A stretch of DNA of 64,000 bases, taken from positions 576,001 through 640,000 of the forward strand of contig CAXXDQ010000007.1 of NCBI GenBank assembly GCA_963664325.2, in the 5' to 3' direction. Shown in pieces: positions 10,131 to 20,401 of the stretch. The notes beneath the pieces were generated by a model. The model did no database searches and was not told the origin of the DNA. It was given only the letters and a program-made list of their open reading frames with translations. The position numbers and the translations under genes were made by a program. Source of the stretch: Desulfomonilia bacterium (GTDB lineage Bacteria; Desulfobacterota; Desulfomonilia; UBA1062). Position 1 is the first letter of the stretch. Each line of letters begins with the position of its first letter.

Positions 10131-12492
10131 ATGAAGCTTTTACAAAATTCAATTTTTCTCATGATGTTAACAGTCTTTTTAATCTGTTCCGGTTGTGCAT
10201 CCAAGAGCGACGACAATACAGAGAACTCAACAGGTTCATCTGAAAACACCGGTGAAGTAACAACCACGGATGCCCTTTATGCAGGCGCGGGCAAGGCCGA
10301 TGTGACCGGAACTCCTGCAATGGTAATCTTCATGGGCATGGAGGAACCTACCCAGAAGGGTGAAGGGCTGCTTATGCGGTCTTATGCCAGGGCTTATGTT
10401 TTCAAGCAGGGAAATAAAAAGATAGCCTATGTCACTTCGGATCTCTGCATGGTCTTCCAGGGCGTCAGGCAGGCCGTAGTCAGGGTGCTGAAGAATGAGG
10501 GCTGGACTTATGACAATGTGATGCTCCAGGGAACCCACACACATGCAACACCAGGCGGAACATCACTTGTTCCCATGTACAACGTCCCTGATAGCGGCTT
10601 CATAAAGGAAAACTTCGATGTGCAGGTAAACGGCATCGTCAAGGCCATACGCGATGCAGAAGCAGCCATTAAACCTGTTCCTGTAAGCATAAACGAAGAT
10701 AATCTTTTCCAGTGCGGATGGAACCGCTCACCCCGTGCCTATATCAATAATCCCCAGGCGGAAATCGAGCATTACGGGCATGTCTCTGACATCACCAACA
10801 TAGATAACGAAGCCGGCTTTTCCAACATCGAGAACCTCGATCCGGAGGATCGTGAACACCTGGAAAACGGCCTGTCGACCGGATACGTTGATGGCATTGA
10901 CTGGAACAACACCAACAAGCGCATGATCCTATTAAAGATAGGAGACAGCGCCATGGTTAACTGGTTCGCCCTTCACCCCCACATCTCTGGGCGCATTTTT
11001 CCGCTTTGTATCCGGCGACAACAAGGGCTATGCCGAATCCCTATGGGAGCGGCAGTTCCCGGAAATGATCGGGGCATTTGCCCAGGCCAATTGCGGGGAT
11101 GTATCTGGCAACATCATGTATGGGCCGCCCAGCAAGACGGGCATTTATGACTGGCAGCATACCAGAGAACTGGGCAAGCGCCAGTTCGAAAAGGCCGTTG
11201 AACTCTACCGCAACGCCAATGGCCGTGAACGGTTGGTTTCTCCCATAATAGACTACCGCCATATTTTTATAAATATGGCCGCTGTAAAGAGCGAAGACCC
11301 CCAAAACCCTTGGCAAACGACCAAGGCAGCCATGGGCGGCCCATGTACAGCAGGCAGCACCGAAGACTCCGGGTCTCCCATCCCGCTTTACCGAGAGGGC
11401 ATTACTGTCGATGACCTGAGCCCGGAAGGTGCAGCCAATCTCAGCGAGCGCTTCATGGCATTTCTGCTGCCCAATCTGCTTGGCCTGATAACACCCGGGG
11501 CCATAGAGGCTGTAACCGATGAATACAAAGCGACCCAATATCCAAAGGTGATCCTCATGGCTAACGGCTTTATCCCGTGGACGGCAAAGGATGGCGACAC
11601 GGGAGAGGATGTAAAAACCACCTTCAGCCCTGAAATTCTTCCTGTCCAGATATTCAGGATCGGTGAACTGATCCTGTGCTCCATGCCGGTTGAGGTCACA
11701 ACCATGGCAGGCCGTCGTATCGAAAACACGATCAAGCTGATCTTCAACGGCGACAGTGACGGAGATGGCTGGGCCGATGAAGACGGCCCTATCCGCTATG
11801 TAGTGGTGGCCCAGTGCACCAACGAATATGCCGGTTATCTAACAACCTATGAAGAATATCAGAAACAGTATTATGAGGGGGCCTCGACCATGTTTGGTCC
11901 ACACGAGTTGCAGGCCTTCCAGCAGACTGTCGCTACCCTGGCCCGGTCCATGAAGAACGGTACCGCTCTTGACAAGTCTAACGAACCGATCCCTCCCTAC
12001 GCAGACGCTTCCTGGATGGCCGAGTTATCCTTGGCCACTCTTAACTGGCCTCTCTTTGACAGGCAGAGCGCCCAAACTCCCTTCGGCGGCATCGTCAATG
12101 GTCCCTATTTCGAGGTTGACCCGGATGGTACACGTTACCTCAAACTCAAGGTCTGGGGCGCTTTTCCAAACCGCAACCTGATGACTGGTAAAACCTATAT
12201 GACGGTCAAGACTCCGCCCAGCTCCGCTTATTTGCAGGCACCCAGGAATTTCACATATACTGATACCGACCCGGAGACACGCTTCCAGTGGGAACAGGTA
12301 AACCTCGATCAGTCCTATATCACCCTCTGGTTCGACATGACCAGCCAGCCTAACAAAGGCACCTATGAATTTACCTACACATCAGAGGCCAAAACATTGA
12401 CGAACAAATCCCTGCCTATTCGAAAAAAATATACATTCAACATCGAAGACATAGGTACGGGTGCGTTACAGGTCAAGATCAGCGATTTCTAA
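10131..12492 (+). CDS. Neutral/alkaline ceramidase family lipoprotein (single frameshift at 10976-10980)
   Basis: Lipobox (CSGC) and family motifs GAGKADVTG, THTHATPGG, WNRSPRAY, NWFALHP, SGDNKGYA, AQANCGDVS, PVEVTTMAGRRI and GYLTTYEEY...YEGAST. Removing one C from the C5 run joins ORFs 10098..11150 and 11065..12492. Confidence 0.85.
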
Positions 12493-12498
12493 ACAGCC

Positions 12499-12534
12499 TA
12501 GGCTGCCGGGGAAATATTCCGGCAGCCTTATTTC
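12499..12534 (+). terminator. Intrinsic terminator
   Basis: AGGCTGCCGG...CCGGCAGCCT stem followed by TATTT just after the stop codon. Confidence 0.65.
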
Positions 12535-12937
12535 GCTTGGTAATAGTCATATTCCCACAATGAAGACCATTATCGCTATTTTTTCAGGAATTCCTGTTTC
12601 AGTCAACCCACCCTCTTAAATTAAAAAAGTTATCTTTATAATATGTAATATTTCAATTTTTCATTCTACAACTACCTCATTGCTTTCATGTACGAGTGGA
12701 AAATATTGTTTTCATTAGTAGAAAAACTTTCCTATGGAATGTTATGAATTACTTTTTACTTTTGCCAACTTATCGAAATAACAAGGAGTGCCTACTGGCA
12801 TTTTTCTTGCTTTATATTTTACAAAATATTCTATAGTGATTATGAATCATTCTTCAACATATTATGAGAAGAAAGATAGCTTCTTGAGTTTCTGCTTCCT
12901 GACCAGGATTTTGATTCTATCATGAGAGGAGATACAT

Positions 12938-14860
12938 ATGCAGATTGTACGTTTGAGGGGTTATGGTTTCCTTGGTTGTTTAATAGCACTATTTCTTGTC
13001 CTGCAGGGATGTAAATGGCAAGCCCCTGTTCTGGCAGATCCTTCCATTAAAGGGTCCAGTTCGCGTACTATAACCCTGGAGCATCCGATACTCTCTAAAG
13101 CAGGCAATCCTGCCGCTGTCGTACAGGCTTTCATTGGGCTCTCTGGTCAGATATCAGTGGACGGATCAGATGTCAGCGGTTCTACAGAAGGACCTGTGGA
13201 TGTTACTACAGGGGATTACCAGTTCAAGGGCCTGATAACGGGCGCAAGTTATGACATCATCGTGATCGCCAAAAACTCTTCCGGCTACTCGGTTAAAAAC
13301 CTGACCAACATCGTGCCGGCTGTTCCCGCGATTGATCCCGCCTCATATCAGCAGATCGGTACTGATGAAATGGGCCTGCTTCGCTGGTATCTCTCAATAG
13401 GTGACGATGACATATCGGATTTCAGCAAGATCCCGTCCTATGACGACAAGCAGACTGAGGGTTCCTCCTATAGGTATTCTCTTGCATTCATGACTTATTT
13501 CCTGATTCTCGAACAGTATCACAAGCTACCGGCCTGCAGTGAGATAATTAAACCCCGCATTGATCGGCTGATCCAGAAAATGCTCGACAGGCAGGTATGG
13601 ACCTACTGGGCCAATACCAGCCAGGGCGTCGAACTTCTTGAGCCTAAGATGAACAAACCATACCCGGAACAGCATGACCCTGTCGCAGACCAGAACATCA
13701 TGTATTCCGGCCACCTGGGTATGATGATCGCCTCCTATGAAATGCTCTACCGCGACATGAAATGGAGCCAGCCCGGTTCCATTGTCTTCAATTGGAGCGA
13801 TACCGAGAAATATATCTATGACAACTACTCTCTGCAGAAGGTGATGTATGACCAGATGCTTAACAATTCATATCATGGGATCGAGTGCGAGCCGAATGCG
13901 GTCTTTCCTGAATGCAACCAGCATCCGATCATAAGCTTCATGCTGTATGACTATGTACACAAAACCAACCTGGCCGATGTCCGCAACCTGTTCCTGGATT
14001 TTTTCTTAAAGCGTATGATGATAAACCCCGTGTCGCATGAAGTCTGTGTCAACTACCTGGTAAAACAAAATATAGTCGTCAGCCAGGAAAACCCCAATTT
14101 CGGGAACCTAGCGTCAATATATACGATACCAGAAGTCCTGGCTGGGAAACTGATTCTGCACGCAGCGGCGGCAGACGGGTGGACAGGGACTTTTATGCAC
14201 GCCTGGCAACCGGATTTCATAGAGCGTCATTACCCGTACCAGAAAAAGTTGCACGTTATAGAGCCCGATAGCCTGACAGCCCAGCTCGATGGGAAGAAAG
14301 AACAGGCCACCAACCAGCTTGCCACACCGTATTTCGCAATGCTGGCAGCAGAAGTGGGAGATACGGATACAAGGGACAAGCTCATAGCCTGGTGCAAGGA
14401 CTTCTACAAACCGACATGGGATAACGGAATGCTTCATTATCCGGCCAAAGAGCCTGTTAATGTAAATACATCGGGTGAATTCACACCCTACAGCAATGCG
14501 ACAACTGGCTCGCTGATAGCATTCGCAATGGCAAACTCAAAATACGGGGTATGGTCGCTTGTCAACAAGCCGTTTACAGACCAGAACTTCCTCGCCCCTA
14601 AAGTTTCAGGGCTGGACTTCCCCAATATACTTCTCAAACGGGCTGTCTACGACTTCGAAAAGGAGGCCCTTATATTAACAACTGTTGGCGGTACTGACCA
14701 GAGCGGCAGCACGTCAATTAACGTAACACAACTTGATCCGGGCAGGACATGGGAACTCTTTGTTGACGGGGTTTCGCAAAATAAATATACAGGAGTAAGT
14801 TCGATAACAATCGATGTTTCTCTTAGCGCTCAGCATGATATCACTTTGATCGCTGAATAG
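12938..14860 (+). CDS. Lipoprotein with N-terminal Fn3-like domain and linalool dehydratase/isomerase (Ldi)-family domain, copy 1
   Basis: Lipobox LQGC. The motifs 'YRYSLAF', 'DPVADQNIMYSGHL' and 'CEPNAVFPECNQH' match the Ldi/Lis NIMYxGHL and CEPx5CN motifs. Confidence 0.8.
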   Translation: MQIVRLRGYGFLGCLIALFLVLQGCKWQAPVLADPSIKGSSSRTITLEHPILSKAGNPAAVVQAFIGLSGQISVDGSDVSGSTEGPVDVTTGDYQFKGLITGASYDIIVIAKNSSGYSVKNLTNIVPAVPAIDPASYQQIGTDEMGLLRWYLSIGDDDISDFSKIPSYDDKQTEGSSYRYSLAFMTYFLILEQYHKLPACSEIIKPRIDRLIQKMLDRQVWTYWANTSQGVELLEPKMNKPYPEQHDPVADQNIMYSGHLGMMIASYEMLYRDMKWSQPGSIVFNWSDTEKYIYDNYSLQKVMYDQMLNNSYHGIECEPNAVFPECNQHPIISFMLYDYVHKTNLADVRNLFLDFFLKRMMINPVSHEVCVNYLVKQNIVVSQENPNFGNLASIYTIPEVLAGKLILHAAAADGWTGTFMHAWQPDFIERHYPYQKKLHVIEPDSLTAQLDGKKEQATNQLATPYFAMLAAEVGDTDTRDKLIAWCKDFYKPTWDNGMLHYPAKEPVNVNTSGEFTPYSNATTGSLIAFAMANSKYGVWSLVNKPFTDQNFLAPKVSGLDFPNILLKRAVYDFEKEALILTTVGGTDQSGSTSINVTQLDPGRTWELFVDGVSQNKYTGVSSITIDVSLSAQHDITLIAE

Positions 14861-14933
14861 GCTGTAATAGAGACGCGAATATGTATATATTTAAAATGGA
14901 AAAGAAATTCAGACACGATCTAGGAGGACAGTT

Positions 14934-16859
14934 ATGCGCATGAATTACTTGAAATCAATTAGTTTGTTTGTGGGTTTTATCCTGGCGATAACCTTCATGC
15001 CCGGATGTAAAAAGACAGTGGCTCCGGTTCTTAATGCCCTGAACCTTAAGGCGTTTAGCTCACGCACCATAACTATAGACCTGCCGACTCTTGCGACTGC
15101 GGGCGACCCTGCTCCGACTGTTGAAGCCTATATCGGGACATCAGGCTCAATCGCAGTAACCGGGTCTGATGTAACAGGGTCTTCAGAAGGACCGATAGAT
15201 GTATCCATGAGCGGTTATCAGTTCAAGGGCCTCACGACCGGAACCGGCTATGATATCATCGTTGTCGCCAAAAACAAGGGCGGGTTCTCGGTAAAAACAC
15301 TTTCTAACATCGTGCCAGCGGTACCCTCGATCGACCCAGCCTCGTATCAGCAGATCGGCAATGATGAAATGGGCTTGTTCCGCTGGTATCTCTCGGTATG
15401 CGACGATCCTCTGGACGACTTCAGCAAGATCAAGTCTTATGAAGATTCCCAGTTTTATCTTTCATCGTACCGCTATCCGATCGCTTTCATGACCTATTTC
15501 TTTGCAACAGAGCAGTATTACAAGCTCCCGGCCTACAGTGAACTCATTAAGCCCCGTATGGACCGCCTGATCCAGAAGATGCTGCTAAAGCAGGTGTGGC
15601 AGTACTGGGCCGTGCGCAGTAAAGGTGTGGATTTCCTTGAGCCGAAGATGGACACACCCTATCCTGAAAAGCATGACCCGGTTGGAGATGAGAATATCAT
15701 GTACTCCGGACACCTGGGGCACATGATCGGCCTTTATGAGATGCTTTACCGTGACCCGAAATGGGATGCCCCGGGTTCCATTGTCTTCAAGTGGAGCGAT
15801 ACCGAGGAGTATGTCTATAATAACTATTCCCTTCAGAAAGTGATGTACGACCAGATGATGAACAACTCGTACCACAGCATCGAATGCGAGCCTAACGCGG
15901 TCTTTGCCGAATGCAATCAGCATCCGATCCTTTCTTTCATGCTGTATGACCAGGTTCATGGAACCAGTCTGGCCGAGGCACGCAACCTGTTTCTTGACTT
16001 TTTCCTCAAGAACTCGTTCATAAACCCTGTTACGCATGAGACTGGTCTCCTTTGGCTGGTCAAGCAGAAGACCATGATAACCCAGGAATTTGCAAGTTTC
16101 GGAAACAGCCTTTCACTGTTTACAGTTCCTCTGGCCTGGCTGGGGCAGATAATTGTTAATTCCTCGGTTTCCAACGGCTGGAACGGTGCAATGATGCATG
16201 CCTGGGAGCCGGCACTGATCGAGCGCCATTACCCGTACCAGAAGTCCAAGCATGTAATAGATGAAGGCAGCAGTGCACATCTGAAAACTGAATGGATCAC
16301 CGACCAGATCGCCACGCCGTTTTTCGCTTTGTTGGCGGCAGAAGTAGGGGATTCGGCCACAAGGGACAAGTTAGTGGCTTGGTGCAACAGTTTCTACAAG
16401 GCCGAATGGAATAACGGCATGCTTGTCTATCCGGTTGGAGCTGATACCTACATCAATCAGCAGACAGACAAGACTTTCACCCCGTGGCCGCAGAACCTTA
16501 CAGGCGTACTTGTCGCATACGCGGTTGCCAATCCGCCTAACGGCATACAGACACTTCATAACAAACCGTTCACGCAGAAAAACTTCGATGCACCCAAGGT
16601 GACCGGCGTAGACTTCCCGAATGCCCTGCTCAAACGGGCGATCTATGACTTTGAAAAGGAAGCCCTCGTTTTGACAATACAGGGAGGCACAGAGAACCCG
16701 AGCGGCAACACGTCATTTAACGTAACACAGCTTGACCCGACCAGGTCATGGAGGCTCTTTGTGGACGGAGTTGCTCAAGATGAATATACCGGGGTGAGCT
16801 CGGTTACAATTACTGTGCCACTGGATGCACGGCATGACCTTGTCCTGATAGCGGAGTAA
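14934..16859 (+). CDS. Ldi-family lipoprotein, copy 2 (tandem paralog)
   Basis: Lipobox MPGC, 'ENIMYSGHL' and 'CEPNAVFAECNQH'; colinear with copy 1 over its whole length. Confidence 0.8.
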   Translation: MRMNYLKSISLFVGFILAITFMPGCKKTVAPVLNALNLKAFSSRTITIDLPTLATAGDPAPTVEAYIGTSGSIAVTGSDVTGSSEGPIDVSMSGYQFKGLTTGTGYDIIVVAKNKGGFSVKTLSNIVPAVPSIDPASYQQIGNDEMGLFRWYLSVCDDPLDDFSKIKSYEDSQFYLSSYRYPIAFMTYFFATEQYYKLPAYSELIKPRMDRLIQKMLLKQVWQYWAVRSKGVDFLEPKMDTPYPEKHDPVGDENIMYSGHLGHMIGLYEMLYRDPKWDAPGSIVFKWSDTEEYVYNNYSLQKVMYDQMMNNSYHSIECEPNAVFAECNQHPILSFMLYDQVHGTSLAEARNLFLDFFLKNSFINPVTHETGLLWLVKQKTMITQEFASFGNSLSLFTVPLAWLGQIIVNSSVSNGWNGAMMHAWEPALIERHYPYQKSKHVIDEGSSAHLKTEWITDQIATPFFALLAAEVGDSATRDKLVAWCNSFYKAEWNNGMLVYPVGADTYINQQTDKTFTPWPQNLTGVLVAYAVANPPNGIQTLHNKPFTQKNFDAPKVTGVDFPNALLKRAIYDFEKEALVLTIQGGTENPSGNTSFNVTQLDPTRSWRLFVDGVAQDEYTGVSSVTITVPLDARHDLVLIAE

Positions 16860-16868
16860 CTGGATTTT

Positions 16869-17288
16869 ATGAAAAAGTCTCAAATCTGGGCATTGGTATT
16901 GGTATTGCTTGGGGTTATCGTGGTTTTGATCCCCTGGTACCTGTTCCCTGTCTGCGGTGCAGGACGTTATGCGCCCCCAGCAGGAACGATTGCACGCATG
17001 CACGGCTGCGACGGAACACTGAAGGCCGCTACGGTTCTGGGCGTGCTGGTGATGTGTACCGGCATTTTACCGCTGCTGGTAAAACAGTACTGGGCCGTGC
17101 TGGTGGCAGCTGTTTCAACAGCCATTATCGGAGTCCTGCTGATCCTTTTTCCTACTTCCATTACCGGCGTATGCAGGATACCTACCATGCCCTGCGTTTT
17201 CGGCACCAAGCCTGCCCTCATTATTGCAGGCATAGTGTTGCTTATGGCAAGCGGCATCGGCGGTCTGTTGATTAAGAAAAATCCATAA
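16869..17288 (+). CDS. DUF4418 family small membrane protein
   Basis: Four hydrophobic segments with FPVC, MHGC and GVCxxPTMPC motifs; lies directly upstream of ABC genes. Confidence 0.75.
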   Translation: MKKSQIWALVLVLLGVIVVLIPWYLFPVCGAGRYAPPAGTIARMHGCDGTLKAATVLGVLVMCTGILPLLVKQYWAVLVAAVSTAIIGVLLILFPTSITGVCRIPTMPCVFGTKPALIIAGIVLLMASGIGGLLIKKNP

Positions 17289-18496
17289 TGACAACTGCAG
17301 GGCTTGCCTGGGGCAACCTTATCCAACGTCCATGGCGAACCGCCATACTGGTGATATGCATCGCCTGCCTGGTGGGGATGCAGCTTGCCGCCACTATTAT
17401 CGATCACGCCAGCCGACAGGGACTCAAGCTCGGATTGCAGAGGCTCGGGGCTGATCTGGTGGCAGTCCCGCGCCAATTGGACAGCAATCTCGTACAGGCA
17501 TATATGACCGGAAAGGCCGCGGTCTTTTATATGCCTGCCTCCCTTGAGCAGCGCATCCAGGACCTCGAATTCGTAAAACAGACCTCTCCCCAACTGTATA
17601 TCGAGTCACTTTCCAATGCGGCTTGCTGTTCATCCTGGAACGTATTCCTGATCGGTTTCGATCCACAGACCGACTTCACTGTCCGGCCATGGCTGAATAA
17701 GCATCGCGACATCCAACTGGGACCAGCCGATATCCTGGTCGGGGCGGCGATCCAATCCTTCCCAGGCATGGCTTACAAATTTTACGGCCAGACCTTCACA
17801 GTAGCCGGTAACCTTGACTCAAGCGGAATGGGCCTGGATTACTCGGTCTTCATACCCATGGCCGGGGTCAAACGAATGATAGCCGAGTCCGGGACAAAGG
17901 CTAAGAAACGTCTGGATATAGCGCCGGATCAGATATCGGCAGTGCTTATAAAGCTTAAAAGCGAAGGATTTGGCGGCCTTCCAGGATGGAAAGCCGCTTA
18001 CGAGATCGAACGCCTGATACCGGAGATCACAATCATTCGTCCATCTGATATCACAATCAAGGTCCAGAACAACCTGTCCGGTACTCTAAAAACTCTAACC
18101 ATGGCAAGCTTCGCCATATGGCCCATGACTGTTCTGCTCGTCGGTCTGGTGTTCATGATGGCCGTCCGGGAACGACAGCGCGAGATCGGCCTCATGCGGG
18201 CCATGGGCAGCACACGCCTGTTCATATTCAAAATGATCCAAATAGAGGCACTTATGATATCGATCCTGGGTGCTGTTCTGGGGCTTATAGTATCGTCAGG
18301 AATTGTAATCAGTTTCGAGCGCATGATCGCGCTGAAACTTGAAATTCCATTTACAGTACCGGGCAACTTGGAGCTTCTCGGTATCGCCGCCCTCTCCTTT
18401 GGATTGGCGGTGGCTACGGGTATTCTGGCAGCCATGATTCCAGCCCTGCGTGTCAGTGCCATGGAGCCGTACGAGGCGATCAGGAGGGCCGGATGA
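17288..18496 (+). CDS. ABC exporter permease (MacB/FtsX/LolE-like)
   Basis: RLGADL, periplasmic 'ACC' double-Cys, ERQREIGLMRAMG and C-terminal P(Y)EAIR. Confidence 0.9.
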   Translation: MTTAGLAWGNLIQRPWRTAILVICIACLVGMQLAATIIDHASRQGLKLGLQRLGADLVAVPRQLDSNLVQAYMTGKAAVFYMPASLEQRIQDLEFVKQTSPQLYIESLSNAACCSSWNVFLIGFDPQTDFTVRPWLNKHRDIQLGPADILVGAAIQSFPGMAYKFYGQTFTVAGNLDSSGMGLDYSVFIPMAGVKRMIAESGTKAKKRLDIAPDQISAVLIKLKSEGFGGLPGWKAAYEIERLIPEITIIRPSDITIKVQNNLSGTLKTLTMASFAIWPMTVLLVGLVFMMAVRERQREIGLMRAMGSTRLFIFKMIQIEALMISILGAVLGLIVSSGIVISFERMIALKLEIPFTVPGNLELLGIAALSFGLAVATGILAAMIPALRVSAMEPYEAIRRAG

Positions 18497-19158
18497 TCAT
18501 ACTGACTGAGGTCTCAAAACACTATGGTACTGGTGCAAATGAAATCAAAGCCGTTGACGGCATTTCCCTTCATGTGGCACAGGGGGAATTCCTTATCCTG
18601 ATCGGGCACTCAGGAAGCGGCAAGACCACACTCCTGAATCTCATAGCCGGAATGACAAGGCCTGACAAGGGGTGCATTGAAATCGCCGGACGGGATATCC
18701 TGAGCATGAGCGATGCCGAACTGGCACATTTCAGGGCTGCCGTCATCGGATTTGTCTTTCAATTCCAGAGCATGATTTCAACACTCACCGCCCTCAATAA
18801 TGTCAGGCTCCCGGCTCTTTTCCGCCGCCATCGATCCGAAAGGTCTGAGGCATTGGCCTCGCTTGATCGAGTTGGTCTGGCCGGCCGTGAGAATGCCTAT
18901 GCGCATGAGCTTTCATTAGGACAGCAGCGTCGCGTGGGTATTGCACGAGCCCTGATCAGCTCCCCCTCACTGCTTTTGTGTGATGAACCAACAGGCGACC
19001 TGGATCCCGAGACAGAACAGATCATCATGGAGTTGATTGTACAGGCGAACCGGAACGGCACAACAGTCGTTATGGCCACACACAACCACGACTTGTGCAC
19101 TTTTGCCGATCGTGTACTGCGCATGGACCACGGCCGCATTGACCCAATTAAGGGGTAG
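18493..19158 (+). CDS. ABC transporter ATP-binding protein (LolD/MacB-like)
   Basis: Walker A GHSGSGKT, signature LSLGQQRR and DEPTGDLD. Confidence 0.95.
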   Translation: MIILTEVSKHYGTGANEIKAVDGISLHVAQGEFLILIGHSGSGKTTLLNLIAGMTRPDKGCIEIAGRDILSMSDAELAHFRAAVIGFVFQFQSMISTLTALNNVRLPALFRRHRSERSEALASLDRVGLAGRENAYAHELSLGQQRRVGIARALISSPSLLLCDEPTGDLDPETEQIIMELIVQANRNGTTVVMATHNHDLCTFADRVLRMDHGRIDPIKG

Positions 19159-19342
19159 TCGAACCATCCGTGATTTTGTTAGATTTTGAAATTAAAATGT
19201 CCGCCCTGAAAACCTAAGGTGTATAAAAAGTTCCCGACAACAAAAACTTGATATAAGCAGTTGCCTTGATCGGATTTTGTCCTGTAGCAGGTTATCCATT
19301 TGAAAAATCAAGTTGCAGTTAATATAGGCAGAAAAGTCGCGA

Positions 19343-20401
19343 TCAATTTTTTCTGCGGTTGCCTGGGCCGGGGCCTATAATTCTGCCTGTTTTTTCCACA
19401 TCCCTCTTAATTCCATCTATAATTTCTGCAGGTGCAGCCGTGCCTGAGCCTTTGCCCGGATAGATCTCATAAAGCCTGCGGTATTTTATGGGAGTGAAAT
19501 CCGGCATGATAATATTGGCCCCTGCCATGAGAGATTTAACACGGTTTTGGGGATCAAGTGTTGTGAGCGCAGTGGTTGCAGGAATATTCGTGTTCCGCGT
19601 AACGATGCGCGTCAAGGCTATCATCTTGAGAACCATTTCAGCCTCACCTTTAGGGGAACCTTTAAAAGGTGTCTCATCGTGAGGTATAAAAGGTCCAATT
19701 CCTATCATGTCGATATCGAGTTCCCTGAACATCATTATGTCTTCTGCCAGAGATTCTATCGTCTGCCCCGGAAGACCCACCATTACGCCGGAGCCTGTTT
19801 CAAAGCCAATGGATTTTAAATGCTTCTGACATTTCAAACGGCAGGACAGCTCGCATCCTGGCCTGATATCTTTATAAAGCTGCGCGTCCGATGTCTCATG
19901 CTTTAGCAGGTATCTGTCGGCACCTGCAGCCTTGAACAGCTCATAATCTTCAAAAGGCCATTCGCCGATGGAAAGCGTAATGACAAGACCGGTTTCGTCT
20001 TTTATCCTCCTTATGAGGTTAACAATCTTTTGCGATGAGTAAAACGTATCTTCACCTGACTGCAGGACTATGGTCCCTATTCCTGAACCAAGGATATCCT
20101 TGGCCCCAGAAAGGATTTCATCATCCGTCATCCGGTATCTTTTAATATTTGCATTGGAACATCTTAGTCCGCAATAAAGGCAATCCTGCAAGCAGTAGTT
20201 TGAAAACTCGATAATCCCTCTCAGATAAACTTCATCACCTGTGCATTCTTTTCTTACCCTCGTCGCTTCTGCAAACAGGACAGAAGGATCATCGGCTGAA
20301 AGCGCTCTTAAGATATCCGATTTATTGTATGTTTTTTTTTCTTTTAGATCACCACTCACAACTCTTAGCCCTTCTTTAAATGTACAGATCTCTTTCTCCA
20401 T
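19343..20401 (-). CDS. hydE: [FeFe]-hydrogenase maturase HydE (radical SAM)
   Basis: CLQDCLYC radical SAM motif, GADRYLLKHET, IGPFIPH and YEIYPGK. Confidence 0.93.
   Translation of the reverse strand: MEKEICTFKEGLRVVSGDLKEKKTYNKSDILRALSADDPSVLFAEATRVRKECTGDEVYLRGIIEFSNYCLQDCLYCGLRCSNANIKRYRMTDDEILSGAKDILGSGIGTIVLQSGEDTFYSSQKIVNLIRRIKDETGLVITLSIGEWPFEDYELFKAAGADRYLLKHETSDAQLYKDIRPGCELSCRLKCQKHLKSIGFETGSGVMVGLPGQTIESLAEDIMMFRELDIDMIGIGPFIPHDETPFKGSPKGEAEMVLKMIALTRIVTRNTNIPATTALTTLDPQNRVKSLMAGANIIMPDFTPIKYRRLYEIYPGKGSGTAAPAEIIDGIKRDVEKTGRIIGPGPGNRRKN

Noticed and set aside
12840-12860. TGAA-N6-TTCA palindrome upstream of the Ldi genes (TetR/FadR-like operator)
   Set aside because: It is short, sits in AT-rich DNA and has no convincing second copy upstream of the other lipid genes.
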